64,000 bases of DNA, from positions 11,780,001-11,844,000 of the forward strand of contig CM114271.1 of NCBI GenBank assembly GCA_050084515.1. Direction: 5' to 3'. Of this stretch, positions 39,001 to 51,715 are shown in pieces. Origin of the DNA: Blasia pusilla. Its lineage: Eukaryota. A program made the translations under genes and the position numbers. Numbering within the stretch: position 1 is the first letter of the stretch; the number at the start of each line of letters is the position of its first letter. Below the pieces are notes generated by a model. That model saw nothing but the letters and a program-made list of their open reading frames with translations. It ran no database searches and was not told where the DNA came from.

Positions 39001-42000
39001 TAAAAGAGGAAATCTGTGGTCGTAGAACTCCTATAGAATATACCACCGAGACTAAGCGTCTACCTGAGTATGATTTCTTACTGCAAGCCATGGTATTCAT
39101 TGATTTGCAGCAACCTAATGGAGCTGATCCTGTGGATCCTGCCTCTACTTCGTCAGAGTTCACCTGCCCAATATGCCATGACCAACTTAAGGATCCAGTG
39201 GTGAATGAATCAGGGTCTACATTTTGTAAATCCTGTATTACTAAATGGTATGCAAAAAAGGACATGTGTCCTCTGACACAGAAACCCACAAAGAAGATCC
39301 TGATTGACAACATAGCACTGCGAAATCATATGGAGAGGTGAGTATCATCTGTCTCTGCTTTTCCAATGGTGCTCAAGGTCAAGGGACCCATTTTGAGCTT
39401 TAACCATCTAGAACTTTGTGGGTCCGAAGTCAAAACTCCTGTTGGATGTGATCTATTTTAAGAGTTGAGAGTCTGTGGAAGTGAAAGTCAGTCTCCTATG
39501 ATTGTGCACGTGTAGGAGTGAAAATCTGCTTTATTCTCTGACTGCTCTTCCTGATGGGGCAACCAGTCTCCTCTACTACGCAATCCCACCTTATGTAAGG
39601 CCCATTAACAGGTTATGTAGTATTCCTCAATGCAAGATCAAAGTTAATTATGTGATAACATATCTGATTTGGCTTTTGGTTAGGTGTCTGAGGACATCTG
39701 AGACTGCAGCATCCACACCAAGTGGTGTATCCTTGCCCCCAGCATCGCCTGAACATTACCAGCCTCCAGTCTCCCTGCCATCAAAGGGATCTTCTGTTCG
39801 AACACTCATATCAGATCTAAAATCCAATCTTTCAATGAAGGTGAGTACCACTGGACACATCTCTTCCAAAAAAAAATGTTGAATGAACAGTGGAGTCAAA
39901 CACAGAGCATCAGGACAGGCCTCACAAATGCAAACAGATTGCACATACATGTACAAAAGTAAAAATTTGTTGACAAACTGTAAACAGATTTTGAATGCAA
40001 GAGTATGGCTATTTAAGGCTCTAATAATTACTTCTTTGCAGGTCTTGCAAAGTTTGAAGGACCTGGAAACGATTGCTGGTGGGAGTGAGGGTAAAGTCCA
40101 GATTTATGAGAGTGCAGGGATTCCCGCTCTTGCAGAGCTTCTGAAATCAGAGGATGTGCAATGTATGGAGAAGGCTGCAGTTGTGCTTGAGGCTCTCACT
40201 TTTGAGAGGAAAGATGAAGAACTTGTGCCGGAATTCAGGGAGAAAGTCTGGGGAGCAGTGGTAGATGATTGTCTTGATCCACTCATCTCACTCATGCAAT
40301 CTGGTACCAAGATAGCTCGACTGAAGGCAGCAGAGACTGTGGTACACCTGCTTGAGGATGGTGATATCCGGGGACAGATTAACCTTTGCAATGGGGTGGT
40401 GTCAGCATTTAATGGATTGACTAACATTGAGGATGGATTTATCTTCACAAATGTCCGGAATGAGGGAAAAGATCTATGTATCAGGGGTTTGTCTCTACTG
40501 AGTGGGGAAAAACCAACAGTGTCCATGGACGATGTAGCCCTTGTAACAGCCTTATTGCAGCTGACCTCATCTCGGATTGGATCAACTTCCACTGTGGCAG
40601 AGGAGTCTTTGTTAGCTCTGAGTGTACTTGTGGAGATGGGTGGCCAGACTATACGGAATATTTTGTGTGGGAGGCCTAAGGCAATGCAATACCTCGCCCG
40701 GTGGATTTCTAGACCTCTCAGTGAAAAAGGGAAAGTTGAATTACTGAAGATTTTGTATTGTATGTCTTCAGCCAAAGGCATGCCTGCAGCTATCATGGAG
40801 TGGGGGCTAGTAAATAACCTTCTTCCAAGTCTGACCAATGAATTGCCTGGAGATGACTTCATCGAACATTCTATCAAACTTCTTTGTACATGTTTGTTGA
40901 CACGTGGTGTGAGATTAGAGCCCACTCTTTTCCTCAGTGGAATGAGGGGTTTTGTAAATATACTATCAAGACCGACATCTGAGCAGTGTAAAGTGAATCT
41001 TTTGTTAATTTTAGAACATCTTTGCGAGAATGATGAAGCCCTCAGGAAGTCCTTCCTGAGTATCGGTGGGATGGCTGCCTTGAGAGATTTGACCAAGTCT
41101 TCATCAGATGAAAAAACTCGAGAAAGAGTTGCACTACTAGTCAGAATTCTCTGTGCAATTCCAGATTGTCATGAAGACATGGGCAGAGAAGATACCATGG
41201 AGTTGCTTTATCTTCTCTTGAGCGTTGGCTCTCAATGCTGCGGCAACGCTTTGGTTGCAGCAGAAAGTTTGATCAAATCAAAGGGATGGCCCATGGCATT
41301 CAAGGATCTATCCTTGGATAGGATAGTTGACAGTCTCCGCCCCACAAATCCCACTGAGTTTCGAGAAGCAGCAATAGGGATCTTATCAGTGGTCACTCTC
41401 AAAAATCACCCACAAATAGAGTGGAATAGGGCCTCCATGGAATTTCTTCTGGATGTGATCCGCCAGTGCCCGCACACTGCACGTGTAAGGGCTGCAGAAT
41501 TGTTGATGGCTATCGTAAAACACAATAAGAAGCTTTGCTTTGTTTTTGTGGAGGAAGATGTGTTAAGTCTCTTCAAAGAGATGAATGAGGGGCTGGGAAA
41601 GGAGTTCCGAAGAAGATATGTACAGCTACTCACCATTTTGTGCAGGCAAGATGATGACTGCAGGGAGGCTGTTGTGTCTGTGGAAGGTGTGGAAACTCTC
41701 TTAGATGTGCTAGAGAGGGGAAGGATGAAGAATGACGTAGCTAATGGCCTCAAGTATCTTGTGAACAGTTTACCATCCAGAGCAGCAGTGGTGAAGTGTG
41801 GGTTTATCGATAAGGCAGCCGCATGTATTCATATGTTTCCAACATCTCAGTGCAGTTTTGAGCTCCTTGAAGCTCTAAGTACCTTACTGGAAAGCAGAGC
41901 CATTGCTGGAGAGTTAAGAAAAGCTGAAGGGGTCCAAGCCCTCATTCGGGTGCTGCGTTCAAAAGATATTGAAGGGAAGAAACTATCAGCGACTGTTCTT

Positions 42001-43047
42001 GCAAAGTTGATGAGACTGGACCCTGAATCAGCTATGTTCTTTGAGCAGGAAGAAGGGATCTACCTGTTGATGGATCTACTGAGCCTTCAGATGGCTCAAC
42101 CTTCAGAAATATTTGCTGATGTGCAAGTGCTGGAGGCTTTACAAGCGGCAGCCCAGTACCCAAATAACAAGATGCAGATTTATGAACATGGTAGAATTTC
42201 TGAACTCCTAAGGCTGTTGACCCAAGAGGCCGCGGTGCCCAGAGTACAGGAGCTGGTCCTTGAAATATTGTTAGAGCTGAGCCGAGGGAATGACAAAAAA
42301 TCTTTAAAGCCTGATCTTTGTTTGGTATTACAGAACTCTGGTATAGTGAAACCCTTGATAGCAGTTGTAAACCGGAGGACTAATTTGTGCAACAGATCAG
42401 TTGAGAATGCTATTCGAATAATCCGGAATATTAGTATTAATAGTGTAAGTTTCAGGAGGATGTTGTTGGACGAAGGAGTCTTGAACTTGCTGTTGGAAAG
42501 GATCAACCACCATGAAGGACCCGCAGATATTGTCCAATTGGCTGTAGTTGCCCTAGAGAGATTCATGTATGAAAGCAGGGGCAGAGTGGGAATAATCGAA
42601 GCGGGAGGAATATCCCCTATAGTCTCAGTAGTCAAACATCCTATAGGACTTTCTGACCAAGGTAGAGGCTTTGCTATCAAGATTCTGGTCACAGTAGTAT
42701 CAGATCATGAGCATTCCAAGAGTGTCTGTGATTCTATCTTCAAGGAAGGCATCATACCTGGCCTTAGGGACATCTTGGAGTTCGGACCAAGCTGGGAATG
42801 CAAAACAGAAGCATTAGTGCTCCTAAAATATTTGATCACTTCTGGTCCCCAGGCAGCTGTTTGTAAGGCCATACGAGCAGAAAAATGTATTCCCATGCTG
42901 CTAGAGTTGAGGAAGTTGAATTCATCCTGTGAGAAACCTGTGAACGAAACTCTTGATTTGCTAAAGAAACATGACAGAGAGTGTAAGAAATTGATCAATG
43001 AGCTAGATAACTACTCCATGATCAGGGCTCTAAAACCTCAAGCATAG
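36081..43047 (+). CDS. Plant U-box (PUB)-type E3 ubiquitin ligase with N-terminal helical domain, U-box/RING-like domain and a long ARM-repeat region. Predicted exons: 36081-36313, 38006-38330, about 38865-39337, 39684-39840, 40042-43047
   Basis: Helical N-terminal domain (CQRRRCKLLANCIKSL...ALVDARR/WVEKVQQYGNLRLLFL...FRKIS..ILESLHSLP). EFTCPICHDQLKDPVVNESGSTFCKSCITKW...CPLT...LIDNIALR. About 1000 aa of ARM repeats (AGIPALAELL, GGMAALRDL, EGVQALIRVL, GGISPIVSVV). Splice phases are consistent except that the exon 2/3 junction and the start codon are uncertain. Confidence 0.85.
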
Positions 43048-44559
43048 ATATTACCATGTACAGTCTTTCTCTCATTTGTTATATTAACTACACCTCTGTA
43101 TGAATCAGAAAGTGGAGCTCCATTTTGGACCCTAACTAGTCTGGAATTGTTTGTTTAAATCAAGCACTGACTTGTGGGTTCTGCCCATACGTCAGTAATG
43201 TCTCTTAACAAGTAGACAGGAGGTAATTAGGCTTAAATCAGGACCCCAAGTCTGCAGAGGTTTCAGTGATTCACATGGACCAAAGATCAGTACCTTGTTT
43301 CATAGTTTCACAAACTCAGGATGTTATGCAGTACTGATCAAGAGAAATGGGGAATTTTTCCCCATTTTCACAAAGAAGCTGTTTTCTGTTGAAAATCCAA
43401 AGAATTGAGGAGACTATGGTGGAGATACAGGGAGCTTTAGCCTACACAGTTCCCAGAGTGTCAACTTTCAGCCAGTGGTCGGAGTGTTGAGGTTGTGACT
43501 GCATGATTCCACAACCTCCCATGAACTACAAAATACACAGTCGGGATGCGTAGTTGCAGTACAGGCTTGAAGTTCATACGCAGGAGACGGAAGGGAAAGC
43601 GTGTGACATTCGAGATGTTTCCCAATGGAGAGAATTAGAAGCAACAACGTGGAAATAAATACACTGAAAGAGAAGGGAAGAGGTAAATGTGGATGCAAGC
43701 TGCTACAAAGAAGATAGGAATTCATTCGAAAAAAAAATCCATTCATTTATATGCATCTTCTCTCCTATACTAGGGCCAATTTCTATCAGTGGTTATAGTC
43801 CATTGTTATTCAACATAATAACATTGTCTGACTTTTGTGATTCTGAATAATCAGCTCGCTCCAATTTCCAAGCAAAAGCCTACTGTGTAGATCTGTCATG
43901 TTTGAGTTCATGTCATGCCTGGAACGATCATCAACAATCATATCATCAGTGGGCCAATTCCTAATCCAGCTCTTTCCTATTTCGTTTCTTAATGAAGTTG
44001 AGTTATATGCCATTGTGTCTCATCTTTGGTGAATGTTGCCCACGTTATCCTCTTTGATAACATGTGGTCTAGCTGGTCGTGACAAACTTCTCCAATGTAT
44101 CTTCTCAATTAGGTGAACTCCTTGGTGGCATGTGTCGGGCCACATATCCAAAAAAACTCCACATAAGAGAAAAAAAATAAAATGAGCGTATGCCTTGTCC
44201 TCTAGATCTCCATCCAAAAGTGCAAATGAATATTTGGCTTAAATGCTTGCATAATTTCTATTGCCACTTGTTAGTTTCTAAGTACTCTATTATGTGCAAT
44301 TCTATATGGAGAGTAGGGATTATGCACGATATTTCATAAACAATGTCGCTATATTTGTGTTTCAAATCGTAGGCTACACTTGGGAAAGATATTGATGGAT
44401 GGAGGAAGAATGGGGCAGAGGGACGGATGCGGTAAATAGATGGAGTAAGACTGGACAAATGGAATTAATTGATGAATGGAAGGTGGGAGGGATCTCGAGG
44501 GAGGATGCGGCACATGGACAAAACTAACGGAATGGGGTACATAGTTAAATTTTTTTGGG

Positions 44560-44800
44560 GTCATTTAGTCTATGTCATCAAATCACTTGTTATTTCATCT
44601 ATATGACAAGACAATCATGATGATATGACTCATATTTTCATGTTATGTCAACAAGTTACGCTAGTCACTTATTCGTTGACAGACAAAAACCACATCAAAT
44701 CTTCCATATAATTCGAGTGACTAGTGTTATTCACTCTAGTCATTGATGGTGATATATGATTCATATGAGTCATAAAATGAAGGAGTTCTTCAAGTGAAAT
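44560..44800. repeat. AT-rich tract with dense TGAC/GTCA and ATGACTCAT motifs, like 60320-62960
   Basis: The same short motifs occur on both sides of the 44830-60310 retroelement cluster, suggesting one interrupted DNA-transposon-like sequence. Confidence 0.5.
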
Positions 44801-44834
44801 AAACCAAAACAAGGCAGAAAACTTCTCTCTAAAG

Positions 44835-45270
44835 TTACCCATGATCTTAATAGGTCATCCTTGACCTCTTACGATTGTCCTCCCATCTCCTCAAAGTCAC
44901 CCAACGGATACTCACCAATCCATCCTAAAAGATGTGACATGCTCTTATTGAGAGCTAGACCCAATACTTGGTTAAGACAAGACTAGTCCAGATGTCACAT
45001 TTAGAATATGCATCTGCCACAATCATACTTGCCAAGTAGGATTTGCATAGCAAATGGACGGATAGGCAAATATGTGGAGATTACCGACATACCAATTAGT
45101 AGAAAAAATCCAATGGATAGGGCATGACCACTCTTGAGGAGATCTTTGATAATATTGGGCACGCAAAGGACTTCAATTTTATAGGCCTCTTAGCCACATA
45201 TTATTAGTGCCTATTAGAATGGAGGATATACAAAAGACGACATTTTGGGACATCGATCCTCACGATATTG
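44835..45270. mobile_element. Fragments of the same gypsy lineage: A-like repeat (44835-44939, minus) and RT relic (about 44950-45270, plus)
   Basis: 44835-44939 resembles 45390-45496. EYASATIILAK...WTDRQICGDYR at about 45004-45088. Confidence 0.65.
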
Positions 45271-45339
45271 ATTAGTTGTATTATAAGCTATGAAAGTCAA
45301 CGATGCCACAAATGATAACTTACAATAAATAGTAAGTTC

Positions 45340-46036
45340 CTCAATATGGCTCCAAATGAGCTGAAACGCTCGAGAAATCTGCTATGACAAGTTACCCGTG
45401 GTCTCAGCATATCATCCTTGACCTCTTGAGGTTGTCCTCTAGTATCTCCGAAGGCGCTCTACTAGATCTCGCCGATCGATCCTAAAAGACGTGATAGTTA
45501 TTGTGCGCATACACATCGCTACACAACATACATCGCTGTCACCGAACATACACAGAAACACGCACGATCTCAAGCTAACTCATGGAATATACACAATGAG
45601 ACGAGAAGTACCAAAATATCTCCAATCGTCCCTCTAGCTGGTGGTTAGGTCCCTCTAACTCTAGATATCCATCTATCCCTACCTACCATGACATACATCT
45701 CTCAGACGCTAAGAGCGAAAAGGCCGGGTGCTCATGTGGCTCCATCGTTAGTCGTCTTCTTGTCATCCATGTCACAAACATAAATCAGAATCTAGAACTA
45801 TCTTCCCTATGTACATCAGAGACACATCCATCGTCCCAAAGGAACCCTAATGAGATGTGGCGTCAAACATGCCATATGCCATCCTCTCGAACATCCATCA
45901 TATACTAGCATAGTGGTTGCACCACGAGCGAAACCACACAACATATATCGCAAGCCTGCAAGAACTATTGCTAGGCTCAGATCAACTATACCGTCAATGT
46001 TAGGAAGGTGACATGGCGCATAGTTACGCATATGGT
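45340..46036 (-). mobile_element. 3' part of older family-3 element (PHD, 3' UTR, PPT about 45627-45636, B about 45499-45626, start of A from 45496)
   Basis: DHMRNYAPCHLPN...YMLCGFARGATTMLVYDGCSRGWHMACL...WMCL. Conserved GAGTTAGAGGGACCTAACC before the PPT. Decayed junction CACAATA-AC-TATCAC. Confidence 0.8.
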
Positions 46037-46408
46037 CCTTTGTCATGACCATACGGATTATGTCGTAGAGTATAGTGTGCTAGTAGAGGCCATTCTTTAT
46101 GTAGGACCGTAGTGGCTTGGTAGAGATGCGGTTTCATACATAGGGTTGGGGGTTACTCAGTTGGAGGTGACTTTTCGAGTAGGGCCCGCTCTTAGGTTGG
46201 AGGATATAAGGTGGAGTGCACTCAAAGAACAGTTAGTTCTTTGAGTTGAGCCTGTTGCGTTGGGAGTTAGCCTTGGTACTGAGTAGAGCTCTTGGCTATG
46301 GTGTTTCCCGCAAGCTTCGACCTAGATTCTCCCATCGTGGAGTGGGTTTGGCTCGATTGTATGTGATTGTATACGTGCTTTATGACAGTAGGTCTTTCAC
46401 GGATTTCA

Positions 46409-46419
46409 CTCAAAGAACT
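46409..46419 (+). promoter_or_regulatory. Putative self-priming primer-binding site (copy 2)
   Basis: CTCAAAGAACT is the exact reverse complement of AGTTCTTTGAG at 46235-46245, which starts 30 nt after TATAAG (46205). Confidence 0.8.
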
Positions 46420-47889
46420 GGAGTAGATCGATGGTAGCTTCGATTGTAGATCAGTAGGATCTGGTTAGGGCAAATTGTGTACTCAGCCGTGGATGTTCGT
46501 GGCTTGCGGCCTATGTTGGAGGTGTGAATCTGGTGTGTGGTTGATTGGAAAAGAAGCGCCTTGCTGAGAGCTTTCCAACGTGCTTTAGATCGCCAGATTT
46601 CGTCAAGGGAGTTGGAAGTTATCAAGGATTGAAGATTCTGGTTCGTGTTCGACGGTTTTCTGATGTGCAGAGCTTGGAGTGCGGAAGCTCTGTTGAAGTT
46701 GATCCAGATCGGGTGAGAGGTTCCTGCTGCTACTTGTATTGTGATCTCATGTGAAGCTATCTGCTCGAGTGTGTGGAGCGTTGCGGATTTCTGCGTGCAT
46801 GAAACTTGGCGGAAGTGATGTCGGATTTACGATTCTGGAGGTGTATGGACAGCAAGTTTGTCTGATTTTTAGCTCGGAGTAAAGAGCTTGGTTGTAGCTG
46901 ATTTTTTGTGGAGAGATAGCTATGGTGGTCAATTGAATTTTGGTCGAAACAAAGTTGATTTCGGTCACGGATTTGTGAAGTAATTGCTGATCGAAATTTC
47001 GCAGACTAGCTCAAGGTCTGGCTATGGTGGACAACGGATCGGAGGGTCTGGTTGGTTGGTGACTTGTTCATTGTTGGAGACGCCTATCCCATTGGGGGCG
47101 CCCTGGTTGGGCCTCTCTCCATAGCGAAGCATGGTGAGGCTTCGAGGCAACTCGTGGTAGCTCGGGCGAGTGGGCGAGTGGGCGTGAGAGACGGAGTAAG
47201 GAGCAAGGAGCAAGCAAGCAAGCTTGCTTGCTTGGGCATGAAGCAATTTTTGCAGGATTTGTGATTTGAGTGTTGCATAACTGGTCACCCATCTTTGGGC
47301 TATTCTGCCTGGAGGACGCTTATCTGCTGAGTTCTTAACTATGCCAATGTACACACTGTTGTAGCTCATTTGGTGCTGTCCGGAGATGTGTTAGGCGCTT
47401 TATGCATCTCAGGTTTTTGGTTGATGTACCTCTAGCGCATAGTACGGTGTAACCTCTCCATGCAGGTGATATTTTCAGGTGCTACGAGTTCGACTAGCAC
47501 GTCATCGACCCGCGGCGGAGTAGCTATTGCGTTAGAATTGTGTGGTGGGTTTTATGGAGTCAGGGGGCACCACGTTTGGTGGATTGTGTTACCTTGATTT
47601 CCATTTGCGATTGGAGGGTTGTCGTTGGACTTCTTGTGTTTGGATCCCCTCCATCGTTGCTTCTTGCTTGCGCGCCCATTGTTAGGGTTGACGCTGATTT
47701 CCAGAGTAGTGTTACTCCTGTGTGCTACCGATAGTGAGGCTGGAGTGATGAGCAGTAGACTGTGGGAGGCTTCCTGTGGTGATGACAAGTTAGGTTGCGT
47801 ACACCCATAGCTAGTAGAGCTAGAATATTATAGCGACATCGACGTCACTTGGTTATTTGGTGGTGGTAATTTGGTGGTGGTGCGGCATC

Positions 47890-50280
47890 GGCGTTGGTCA
47901 TCACGGAGTCATTTGTCGGGTGGTGGTTGGGGACCGTGGTGCGGACAGTGGTGGTTTTACACGGAGTGGATTTAGGTATCGGCTACCTTTTCCACTTCCG
48001 ACAGTTGATGAAGAGGAGGACGAGGGTGTTCCAAACACCGAGTCTTCTACGTTGTTATCGAGTGTTGCAGCTCCATTGATTTGGGATATGGACGGTGGAT
48101 ATGGGGCCATGAAGGGCCCACGACGATACTCGGGTGCAGTGGGCACCATTGAGTTGGAGGACTTCATGCAGGAGTTTGATACGTGGTGTGATATGCAGAT
48201 GTTGCAGAACGCCATGTTGTTTACACCCTTCTTGGCTTGGAAGGGGTTGTTTATGCTCTTGGAAGGACCACCCATGGATGATTACCATGAATTTAGGAAG
48301 GACCATGTTGCTGAGATTGAGGAGTGGAGACAATATTGGTCTCTGGGCTATGTGTCTATCACCCATGGTGGTATTGGTAGTAGTGCTCCTACTATGCCAG
48401 CCAGCCCGACGTTGAGTGGTACGAGTACGAGCCGGAGTGGGGGTATCAGTGGAGGTACTAGTGCCCCACCATCGTTCGGCCCGGTTGCAGAGTTCTTCAA
48501 GAGGTTGAAGAAGAACTATCAGGGAGTGAAGACGGAGAAGTTGAGGAGTCTTCAGGAATTTGAGCGAAAGACTGGTGAGAGTCTTCGTGAGGCATACACT
48601 CGTATGCGAGGCTTGTTTTCGGTTACCCAGGATGTGACTGAGGATCAGGCACTCCAATTTTGGTATGGGATCTTGGAGAGAGATTTGCGCCGTAGGGTAC
48701 GTGATGCTACTCTTATGAGTGATGATTCACCCACATTGACCCGTGTGTTTGCTCTATCTGAGAAGATTGAGCTTAACATGGTGAAGGAGAGAGTGGTGAC
48801 ATCCGCATTTAGTAGGGATACAACTACTACTTCTTGTGTTCAGCAGCCCACCTCACAGTCTCGTAGTAGTGGTGGTGGTAGTAGTAGTGGAAGTCGTGGG
48901 GGGTACACACGACCTCAGTCAGGTCCTAGAGGGACACTTGCGTAGAGACCATTGCCTTCATTTGCTGCCCCGGCAGGGCGATCATGTTGGACATGTGGAG
49001 GTGATCATGTTAGGAAGTTTTGTCCCCAAGAGGATGGGAGACGGACTTTGGAGGATGGGCCTCAGTCGGCCCCGACTCAGTGTGATCATTGCGGGAGACC
49101 AGGTCATCCTCTAGAGCGTTGCTTTGATCTTCATCCAGAGTTGAGATCAGGCCGCGGCCGTGGTGGAGTAGCTCCGAGAAGCCGAGGTGGTAGAAATGGT
49201 AGGGGTGGTAGAGGTGGACCAGTGGTTGGAGAGCCTACGGTGGCTACCCATACCACTACGACAGAGTCAGCTATGGTTGCCTGGATTGAGCAGTTGGAGC
49301 AGAAGTCGGCTACAATGGCTCGTATCCAGCATAGATCAGGTTCGGAAGCAGGGGCTTCCACCTCTTATGGAGGGGATGATCTCTCTTATATGGCGAGTGC
49401 AAAGACAGTTGAGTTGAGGCATCAGTGCGATTCTGAGAGGAGCCACTCGAGCGTCAAAGCCATGTGGTGCTACTGTGGAGTTGGACCCACAGAGGGGTGA
49501 GGCTGGGAGGCAGGCTAGGCTTCCCCATTCATTCTTGTTGTCAGAGGTGCTTAGGACTCCATCCATGGTTCCTACGCAGCCTATTGAGCCGACAGTGGGG
49601 ACTAAGGCATCTACATCGCGTGTAGTAGACACGGATGCAGCATCCAATGCAGTATTGCGGATGGCAACTTCAGTGTTGGGATCCCCATTATTTTCGGCCA
49701 CGGAGCTGATGGCTTTAGGAGTTGACTTAGATCTTGTATTTCAACTAGCAGCCACGTTGTGTGAACGTGGGGGTGTTACTGCTACAGGTGTTGAGGTGGA
49801 TGAGGGTGTTGCGGTGGAGCCACCCTCTATGTCAGGTGTAGCATTGAGTACCTGTGCTACTTGGCAGGCAGCAGCGGCGAAGATGGATGCATTACTAGCC
49901 CGGCCAGACATTGATTGTGAGAGGCTTACACCTGGTGTATGTATGTTGGACAACCGGAGTGGGATCTTCCGATTGGTGAGTCCTACAAGACAGGTGTATA
50001 GACCAGATAGAGTCTTGTTAGACTTTGGTGCCCAACCTTTGATGTTGGGAAAGGCGGCATGTATTGGTTTGGGTATTCGGAGGTAAGAGCTTGAGCCTTG
50101 CCCATTCCAGATTCAAACATCACTTGGAGGAGCCAATGATAGGTCTCAATTCATGACACGGGAGAAGTTTTCTGTACAGTTGAGACCAGATCATGCGATT
50201 GATAGCTCCCGGTTGGGAGTATCTGCGGTAGTCACATCAGCCGAGTCGTATGATGTACTAGTTGGAGGAGCGATGTGTAC
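47890..50280 (+). pseudogene. gag and protease (copy 2)
   Basis: Near-identical to copy 1: two zinc knuckles, RGG tract, RVLLDFGAQPLMLG. Confidence 0.85.
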
Positions 50281-50741
50281 CCGATGGGTTTTGGTTGGAT
50301 TATCGAGAGACAGCGTCTTATAGACCTGGTTGGAAATCCGGGGATGGACGTATGAGCCAAGTTCCTATGAGATTTATTTATGGGGCTCGACTAGGAGAGT
50401 CTTCCCCAATAGTGTTAGCATCTGTGGCTGGTTTTAGTGGAGTAGTCACTTGGCCATGAGACTTTTTGGAGGGTAATGTTTCTGCTATGGATTCTTATGC
50501 GCATGAGGAGGTAGAGGAGGTCCCTGTTTTTGCAGTCGTGGCATCCTCATTGTTAGATGTGCCACTTTGGAGTTCAGGCGGTGCACTACGGCAGGAGGCT
50601 GATCGCCTAGTGCAGGAGGCTTGGTGTGAGGCTATTATACCTCACGAGGAAGAGGAGGCCCCACAGCGGACTCCTACTTCTGGTCCAGTTGGGTTATCCC
50701 CTTTGAATACTACACGCATTGTATGGCAATATCCGCTGGAG

Positions 50742-51715
50742 GGCATTTGTGTGTTAGATCTCTTTGGTGGCATTAGCACTGGTTTGGCTGTAGTGTTGCA
50801 GGCCCGTATTCCTGTGCGGAGATACGTGTATGTGGAGCGAGATGAGACGGCCCAAAGAGTCTCATCCTGACATATTGGTCAGTTGATGTGGAGATATCCT
50901 GAGTTGTTTCCGCCATCAACTATTCGTGGGTACCAACGTGCTTTTCCGTCACACATTGCATTGTTGGGGGCGTAGGACCTTGAGAGGGTTGGTCCTGTGG
51001 ATTTGGTGATTGTTGGATGGCCATGTCACGGTCATACACGTGCTGCTCGTGGTGAGGGATTACATGACCCTAGGTCTCGATTGTTTTGGGAGATGTTACG
51101 GGTGTTACGACATCTTCAGGTTCATCAGGCACGTGCTCAAGTTGACATTCTGGAGAATGTTCCATTGTTGGGTGACACTCGAACCCGGATGATGGCGAGT
51201 GTTCATGAGGTGCGGTCTTGGATTGGACCAGCGGTGTTGTTGGATACAGCGCGAGTTGGCTCGCGTGCACATCGTTTACGCTTGTGGTGGACAAACTTGT
51301 TGCCTAGGGAGGTTCTACGTCGAGCATATGATGCAGTGCAGCGGGATCCTTGCCTTACAGTGGATAGTATCTTGGATACTGGGCGACTTTCTCAAGTGGT
51401 GAGGGTTATTGATCGGTCACCCATGGCAGTGGTGAACCGTGTGGGCCAGCCTAGGATGGCACTACCCACATTTGTGAGTTTTTCCTCGTCACATGCCTAC
51501 AGAGAAGGTGGTCCGGGGCTTGTATGGGATTCTCATGTGCGACAGTTGGTGGAGCCTAACGCTGATGAGAGAGAGCGTGCGATGGGATTTGCTCTTTGGT
51601 GTGGCGTTGTTGCTTCTATTTCTCACGCTTCACGACGTCATGTGTTGGGTCAGGCCATGGACCTGAATTTTTTGACTTGGATTTTGAGTTTTGGTATGGC
51701 CGAGCAGCGTCGACT
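50742..51715 (+). pseudogene. DNMT3-like C5 methyltransferase domain (copy 2)
   Basis: VLDLFGGISTG, YVERD, DLVIVGWPCHG, ILENVP, AHRLRLWWTNL, ERERAMGF, SRRHVLGQAMD. Confidence 0.93.

Noticed and set aside
40104-42998. Minus-strand ORFs of up to 330 aa
   Set aside because: Antisense shadows of the long ARM exon.
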